From the IMG/VR virus record IMGVR_UViG_3300046517_000572: DNA of 20,000 nucleotides; one strand, 5' to 3'. Position numbers and translations under genes: made by a program. Shown here one piece after another: positions 15,335 to 20,000 of the stretch; positions within the stretch are counted from its first letter, which is position 1, and each line of letters starts with the position of its first letter. A model generated the notes under the pieces. The model did no database searches. It was given only the letters and a program-made list of their open reading frames with translations, and was not told the DNA's origin. The DNA comes from an uncultured virus (IMG/VR IMGVR_UViG_3300046517_000572). Taxonomy: Duplodnaviria; Heunggongvirae; Uroviricota; Caudoviricetes.

Positions 15335-15760
15335 ATGTGGGTCTTACTCAACGACAGCTTCCTGTCGATCGTCAGGCACCGTTCCAAGCACAACCACTTG
15401 CTGGTGCGGGCGCGCAGGCGCGAGGATATCGCGCTGATCTTTCCCGGCGCCCGCATCGTCGAGGGCGGCGGCTCCGACTATGAGTTTCGCGCCGTGGTGA
15501 AGCGGCGCGCGGTCGAGAACGCCATGACGGCGGAGGTGCGCCGGATCAATTACGACAACTTCAAGGACAGCGTGCCCGAACAGCATCGCCACGATGTCTA
15601 TCTGTCGATCTGGACGGTGCTGATGCGGCTGGGACGCCGCCCGGTTCTGGCGATGTCCCGGATGGACTACGAAGAACCCACCATCGATTGGGGGGACAAC
15701 GCCTATGCTGAAGGCGCGCTATCGCCAGTGCCTGCGACTGCTGCGGCTGCAACAAAGTGA
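15335..15760 (+). CDS. Conserved phage-type hypothetical protein
   Basis: GGAG RBS. MW...SFLSIV...LLVRAR...DYEFRA...INYDNFKDSV pattern. Confidence 0.8.
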   Translation: MWVLLNDSFLSIVRHRSKHNHLLVRARRREDIALIFPGARIVEGGGSDYEFRAVVKRRAVENAMTAEVRRINYDNFKDSVPEQHRHDVYLSIWTVLMRLGRRPVLAMSRMDYEEPTIDWGDNAYAEGALSPVPATAAAATK

Positions 15761-15977
15761 GGTCGGCCGCATGGTCGGCGGTTCGGAAATCCTGGCCCGC
15801 AAATGGGCCAGCGGTGAAAGCCGGGTGCCCGATCCGATCGCGGACTGGCTGGAAGCCTGCGTCAAGATCAAGCTGGAACATCCCTACCCGAAGCCACCCA
15901 AGGACTGGCGGCAGCGTGCCATACGGGCGCGGCTTGGTCTGCCGCCGATCAGAATAGGAAACAAGCAACTATGGTAA
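15705..15977 (+). CDS. Cro/Xre-like HTH DNA-binding protein
   Basis: LRLQQSEVGRMVGGSEILARKWASGESRVP; GGGGGA upstream; overlaps the previous gene by 56 nt. Confidence 0.7.
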   Translation: MLKARYRQCLRLLRLQQSEVGRMVGGSEILARKWASGESRVPDPIADWLEACVKIKLEHPYPKPPKDWRQRAIRARLGLPPIRIGNKQLW

Positions 15978-16225
15978 TCAATTTCGAGGTCGTCGAACTC
16001 TGCCGCGCCTATGCCGAACTGATCTGTTCGGCGCGGCGGCTGGGCTACACCAACTACGCCACCTGTCTGTCGCAAACGGCACGCGCGCTTTACGGGTGTG
16101 CGCCGATCGATGCGATGCCGCATCTCGACACCGTCAAGAAGGTGCTGGAGATCGATCCGCACACCGTCACGATCAGCACGGTGTTGATGCGGGCCAGCAT
16201 ATTGAGCGAGGAGGAAGCCACATGA
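15971..16225 (+). CDS. Hypothetical protein
   Basis: AGGA RBS; overlaps the previous stop. Confidence 0.7.
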   Translation: MVINFEVVELCRAYAELICSARRLGYTNYATCLSQTARALYGCAPIDAMPHLDTVKKVLEIDPHTVTISTVLMRASILSEEEAT

Positions 16226-16247
16226 ACATCCCGACGCCGTGGAAGCC

Positions 16248-16622
16248 ATGACCGACGAGCAGCCGCCCAAGGGAAAATATGACTGGATGCTGGGCGAGGC
16301 GATCCAGCACAGCGTCGAGGTGCCGGTGCCCGGCAGCAACGCCACGCTGCGCGTCGAGATACTGGCGCGCGCACGCATCTACCCGACGCGCGGCTGGGCG
16401 ATCGCCATCATCGTCTGGGGCTTGCTGGTGCTGCTGTTGCTGGCGCGCGCGCATGCCGCCACCTGGGAGGATCAGAATGCCCAGCGCCGGGCGCCCGCAT
16501 GGGGCGCACAGGAACCGGGCCGGGTGACGACCTATCATCCCATCCAGCGACCGGACGGCACCACCGGGCGCTGTGCGGTCTGGCAATGGCGCGGTGAGCC
16601 GGTGATGCGGTGCGAGCCATAA
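16248..16622 (+). CDS. Hypothetical membrane-anchored or exported protein
   Basis: Hydrophobic segment WAIAIIVWGLLVLLLLARAHA ending in A-x-A; two C-terminal Cys. Start uncertain (16239 GTG or 16248 ATG). Confidence 0.65.
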   Translation: MTDEQPPKGKYDWMLGEAIQHSVEVPVPGSNATLRVEILARARIYPTRGWAIAIIVWGLLVLLLLARAHAATWEDQNAQRRAPAWGAQEPGRVTTYHPIQRPDGTTGRCAVWQWRGEPVMRCEP

Positions 16623-16900
16623 CCAAGCGAGTCGAGGCTGACGGCTTCCGGGTGCGCGCCAAGGCGTGCGAGACCTGTATCTACCGCCGCGACAGCCCGC
16701 TCGACATCCGCAAGCTGGAAGCCGACGTGGCGGACAAGTATGGCGGCTTCAAAGGGCACCGCATCTGCCATAGCTCTGGTCGCGGCACTGGCGTCAAGGC
16801 GATGTGCTGCCGGGGGTTCTGGAACCGCCACAAGGACAAGTTCGCGCTGGGCCAGATTGCCCAGCGGCTGGGCTGGGTGGTGTTCATCAAGGGCGACTAG
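16610..16900 (+). CDS. Small Cys-rich, putative Zn-binding protein
   Basis: CETCIYR...ICH...CCRGF; start codon uncertain. Confidence 0.7.
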   Translation: MRAITKRVEADGFRVRAKACETCIYRRDSPLDIRKLEADVADKYGGFKGHRICHSSGRGTGVKAMCCRGFWNRHKDKFALGQIAQRLGWVVFIKGD

Positions 16901-17082
16901 GCGTCGAGGTTGCGCACCGCCCGCGTCACGCTGTTGACCGGACCCTGGAGCGCGAACGGCCGATCGCGCACCGGCAGTTCATCGAGCGCATCGAGAATTT
17001 TGGTTTCCACGCTCTGGATTTTGTCGGCCCACTTGCGCGCCAACTTACGCTCGCGCGCGGGCGTTTGATCGGTTTGCGGCAT
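16897..17082 (-). CDS. Hypothetical protein (61 aa) on the opposite strand
   Basis: AGGA RBS; convergent CTAG stop overlap with the previous gene; minus-strand CTTGAC upstream (TTGACG at 17153-17158). Confidence 0.65.
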   Translation of the reverse strand: MPQTDQTPARERKLARKWADKIQSVETKILDALDELPVRDRPFALQGPVNSVTRAVRNLDA

Positions 17083-17191
17083 GAATTTTCCTGGGGCTGG
17101 AGTCGCGTCTGGCGCGAGTATGGTGAAATGGGTAGGACGATGAGTCTAGGGCCGTCAAGCTATTCGTAGCCACAACCCCTAGAACCAGCCG

Positions 17192-17300
17192 CAAGAAAAA
17201 ACTCATGGCGACGTTATTTTTCTTGTTTTTTTCTGTTATGTGACGCTACAAAGAGGGCGCGGGACACACCGTCCCGCTGCACACGAAACCACACATGGAG
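17192..17300. promoter_or_regulatory. Divergent regulatory region; degenerate copy 4 of the promoter cassette
   Basis: Inverted repeat CAAGAAAAA (17192-17200) / TTTTTCTTG (17217-17225); operator variant GTTATGTGAC at 17235-17244; hairpin GCGGGAC-ACACC-GTCCCGC at 17259-17277; CGCTGCACACGAAACC at 17275-17290 is identical to 10313-10328. Confidence 0.75.
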
Positions 17301-17308
17301 ATGTTAAA

Positions 17309-18175
17309 ATGCCGTTCGATGCTGCGATTTTGGGCGATGACTTCATGCCCATGAACCACAAGACCGTGCAGCCGATCGCTGCCACGGCGCTGAAAGTTTT
17401 CGATGCCTCTGGCAAGGAGATCGAGGGCTACCATCACATCTGCCGGGGCGATACCGGAGCGACCATCCGAGTCGCGCCGGATAGCTACGCGCTGGTGCAG
17501 AACGAAACCGCGATCGGGATCATCGAGGACAGTCTGAGCCGCTCACGGCTCGATCTGACCGACGCGCGGTTCGCCGCCGACTACTCCAGCGACGGCGCGC
17601 GGATGTGGGCGCAGTGGATACTGCCTGCCCACACCGCCACGGTGCGGCCCGGTGTCGAGGCCAGCCTCCGCGTCATCCTGCTGAACTCCTATGACGGCTC
17701 CTCGGCGTTGCAGGGCCGCGTCGGCTCGTTCAACTGGGTCTGCGCCAATCAGGCGGTTTCCGGCAAGGAATACGCGTCCTTCCGCTACCAGCACTCGGGC
17801 AAGATCGATCTGGTGCCTGCGATCGCGCGGCTGACCATCGCGGCCGAACAGCACGCGATCGAGGTCAACCGCTGGGAGCGGTGGGCCGACATCAAGGTCA
17901 CCGACCAGTTGGCGCGCAAGCTGCTCACGGCGCTGCCAAAGGCCAGCGAAACGACGGTGGACGGGTTGGTGCATGCGTGGCTGATCGCGCGCGATGAAGA
18001 CCCGGTGCAGGGCGGCGACAACCTGTGGTGTCTGGCGAATGTTTTGACCAACTGGGCGACGCGCGGCGACGGCGGGCGCGGTGCCGAGCGCGGTCAGCGC
18101 AACTGGGATCGTCAGGCCCACGTCGCGGCGCTGATGGAGACCAAGACCTGGGCGGAGGTCGAGGCGGTCGGCTGA
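17309..18175 (+). CDS. DUF932/DUF945-family phage/plasmid protein
   Basis: Start moved to ATG 17309 (GGAG RBS). Motifs YALVQN and LLNSYDGSSA...WVCANQ. Confidence 0.85.
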   Translation: MPFDAAILGDDFMPMNHKTVQPIAATALKVFDASGKEIEGYHHICRGDTGATIRVAPDSYALVQNETAIGIIEDSLSRSRLDLTDARFAADYSSDGARMWAQWILPAHTATVRPGVEASLRVILLNSYDGSSALQGRVGSFNWVCANQAVSGKEYASFRYQHSGKIDLVPAIARLTIAAEQHAIEVNRWERWADIKVTDQLARKLLTALPKASETTVDGLVHAWLIARDEDPVQGGDNLWCLANVLTNWATRGDGGRGAERGQRNWDRQAHVAALMETKTWAEVEAVG

Positions 18176-18429
18176 TGCCGCAGGGCAAGGAGGGGCGGCG
18201 CAAGCCGCCCTTCGATCCCGCCTACACCGAAGCGGGCATTGCGCTGACCCAGACGCTGATGGACGCCGTCAGCGGCATCCTCGACAGCAAGGATACCGAC
18301 ATCGCGATTGACGCGATGGCAGCGACCTTCATCGCACTGCTCGCCGCCGGGCAACTGGACCAGCGCGACGCGAAGATCGTGCTGTATCGTTACGCTGAAC
18401 GCATCATGGATTACGCGGAGAAACTCTAA
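18175..18429 (+). CDS. Hypothetical protein (84 aa)
   Basis: TGATG coupling at 18173-18177; GAGG RBS. Confidence 0.75.
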   Translation: MPQGKEGRRKPPFDPAYTEAGIALTQTLMDAVSGILDSKDTDIAIDAMAATFIALLAAGQLDQRDAKIVLYRYAERIMDYAEKL

Positions 18430-18860
18430 TGCGATCACAAATTACGTTCGCACTGGCCCATCCTGTATTTGACCCAGGAACACAGATCACCTTGGGGCAC
18501 TATTGGTGGGCCGATCCGGGGGCAGACATATCCGCCTGTCTCACGGTGAACATAGGGCTTGAATGAGCCGTCTATGCCGGTGGCAGACCCCTGTGGCAGC
18601 TATCGTTATGCCAGCAACATAAGGGCGCGCCGGTCGCTGTGGTCCGTTGGACCCGCATGACGGTTCGTAAGATCGAGGCTGTGCGTGACCGCATCTTTGC
18701 GCTGTGCGGCAGTCCCGAGCCACTGATCGACGTGGGTGACGCTGAGTTCCCACCGGGCTTTCAGCGCGTGACGATGCAGTGGCGCAAGCCACTGTCGATC
18801 GAGGAGATCGCCCGCATGGCGCCGACGCCAGAGGTGCGCGAACGAAAGGGCAGACCATGA
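18429..18860 (+). pseudogene. 143-codon frame interrupted by a single in-frame TGA at 18564-18566
   Basis: TAATG-coupled start with GGAG RBS. Reads MRSQITFALAHPVFDP...LTVNIGLE*AVYAGGRPLWQLSLC... and continues in frame into ORF 18639..18860. Confidence 0.6.
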
Positions 18861-19237
18861 GCAATGACGAAGCCGAGTTCGATCCGACCGGGGCGATATC
18901 GGACCTGGAACTGCACGCCATTGCGAGACTCGGGATGATGGACGTGAACGCCATGCTGATGATCGTGATCAACCAGTGGGAAGGCATCAAAGAGCGCGCC
19001 GCCGGGTTGCTCGCCAAGGCGATCGTGATCGGCAGGGGTGAAACCGACGCCGAAGAAATCAAGATGCTGATGGTGGTGGCACTGCGCGCCACCGCGTTCG
19101 CGGACATCATCGACAAGATGCGGCAAGACCCGGAAATGATCGCGATGATCGAGCCTGATCCCGACGCGATCGAGACGACCTATCAGGAACTGCTGGCCCA
19201 GCACGAGGTGATCAAAGAGGAGCCAATACAGCAATGA
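18857..19237 (+). CDS. Hypothetical protein (126 aa)
   Basis: Start moved to ATG 18857 (ATGA overlap, AAGGG RBS). Confidence 0.75.
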   Translation: MSNDEAEFDPTGAISDLELHAIARLGMMDVNAMLMIVINQWEGIKERAAGLLAKAIVIGRGETDAEEIKMLMVVALRATAFADIIDKMRQDPEMIAMIEPDPDAIETTYQELLAQHEVIKEEPIQQ

Positions 19238-19917
19238 TCGAGATGGCTGATAACGCCTACGCCGCCAAGCTATGGGCTGACGGCAAGAGGCAGATCGAGA
19301 TCGCTGAGATGCTGGGCATGAACAGCCCGTCTCCGATCTCGTCGGGGATACGCGAGTTTCTGCTGGCGTATTCGCCCGCGTTCCGCGCTGACCCGTGGAA
19401 CACCACAGATCGACCGGGCTTTGTCGCGGGCGCGCTGAAAGCGTTTGAAAAGAAGCACGGCGCGGTGCCGGATGGATTCAGCAAGACGGTGAACTATGTG
19501 GCCTATGCCGACACGCCCCATCCGACACTGGCAAACCACGCCACCAAGCTGACCGTGGCACAGCGCATGGTGCTGCCGCTGACGGAATTGCCGCTCAGTG
19601 TGCGGCTGGAAAACTGCCTGACCAAAGGCAACGGCTTCAAACGCGTCGAAGACATCTACACGATGTCAGAACGGCAACTGATGCGAACGCCGAATTTCGG
19701 CAAGGTCTGCCTGCGAGAGTTACGCAAGGCGCTGACCGAACTCGGGTTGCCGCCGCTGAAGGAGGATGATGCCACACCGCCACAGCCCACCAACGGCGAC
19801 GCGACACCGCAGCTTCCGCCGCGTGTGCTGGACGCGCTGGAGGACATCATGGCGCGGGTGGTGCGTATCCAGGCGACGCTGACGGGGTTGCTGAACGAAC
19901 TGCGCGAGCGGGATTAG
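19234..19917 (+). CDS. HTH-like N-terminus plus RNA polymerase alpha-CTD-like domain protein
   Basis: GKRQIEIAEMLGM (HTH-like). LTELPLSVRLENCL...SERQLMRTPNFGKVCLRELRKALTELGL resembles the RpoA CTD. C-terminal coiled-coil-like segment. Confidence 0.85.
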   Translation: MIEMADNAYAAKLWADGKRQIEIAEMLGMNSPSPISSGIREFLLAYSPAFRADPWNTTDRPGFVAGALKAFEKKHGAVPDGFSKTVNYVAYADTPHPTLANHATKLTVAQRMVLPLTELPLSVRLENCLTKGNGFKRVEDIYTMSERQLMRTPNFGKVCLRELRKALTELGLPPLKEDDATPPQPTNGDATPQLPPRVLDALEDIMARVVRIQATLTGLLNELRERD

Positions 19918-20000
19918 CTGTCGCGCATCCGGCGACGCTTCGCCACTTCCCACTCCATTTTGGCAAACTCGGCGCCGATGAACACCGCGTCGTCGTCGGT
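19914..20000 (-). CDS. 3' end of a minus-strand gene entering from the right edge
   Basis: Open frame TDDDAVFIGAEFAKMEWEVAKRRRMRDS* ending in a convergent TTAG stop overlap. Confidence 0.55.
   Translation of the reverse strand, partial: TDDDAVFIGAEFAKMEWEVAKRRRMRDS

Noticed and set aside
10250..17300. CRISPR array or integron attC sites as an explanation for the repeats
   Set aside because: Copies are 1-3 kb apart, show -35/-10 promoter geometry, and lack attC-type extended palindromes; no cas or integrase gene in the window.
18430..18638. tRNA/ncRNA or promoter in the lower-GC stretch (TTGACC near 18469)
   Set aside because: No cloverleaf and no properly spaced -10 box; the stretch is better explained as an interrupted coding frame.
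10304..19539. Long minus-strand ORFs in the right half (e.g. 12287..13294, 14431..15456, 17543..18121)
   Set aside because: Shadows of the tightly coupled plus-strand genes; Arg/Ala-rich with no coherent motifs.
19234..19917. Host rpoA gene
   Set aside because: Only a diverged CTD is present, with no alpha-NTD and no ribosomal-protein operon context.

Overview
High-GC tailed-phage (or prophage) segment; an alphaproteobacterial host is inferred from the RpoA-CTD-like sequence and promoter style. The left half (minus strand, 1-10238) is a head/packaging operon: ParB-DNA methyltransferase, small terminase, large terminase, portal, a small tagged protein, and a MuF/SPP1-gp7-like minor head protein that runs off the window edge. 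The standout feature is a 1996-aa portal ORF in which a DUF1073-type portal (~500 aa) is fused to GNAT acetyltransferase, Nudix hydrolase, PI3/4-kinase/HipA-like kinase, degenerate helical repeats and an R-S-E ADP-ribosyltransferase. Three of these modules are preceded by a recurring 'xxDA...R-x-x-x-G-x-[FW]...GGG' peptide, which also occurs in the next gene. This suggests a portal-borne, protease-processed cargo of host-modifying enzymes (inference). The right half (mostly plus strand, 10346-19917) is an array of small early/accessory genes driven by a repeated ~75-bp promoter cassette that carries a quasi-palindromic operator. It includes a zinc finger, a HExxH peptidase, YodL-like, HTH and DUF932 proteins, a gene split by one in-frame TGA, and an HTH-RNA polymerase alpha-CTD-like protein. 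All family calls come from motif recognition by eye; no database search was run.
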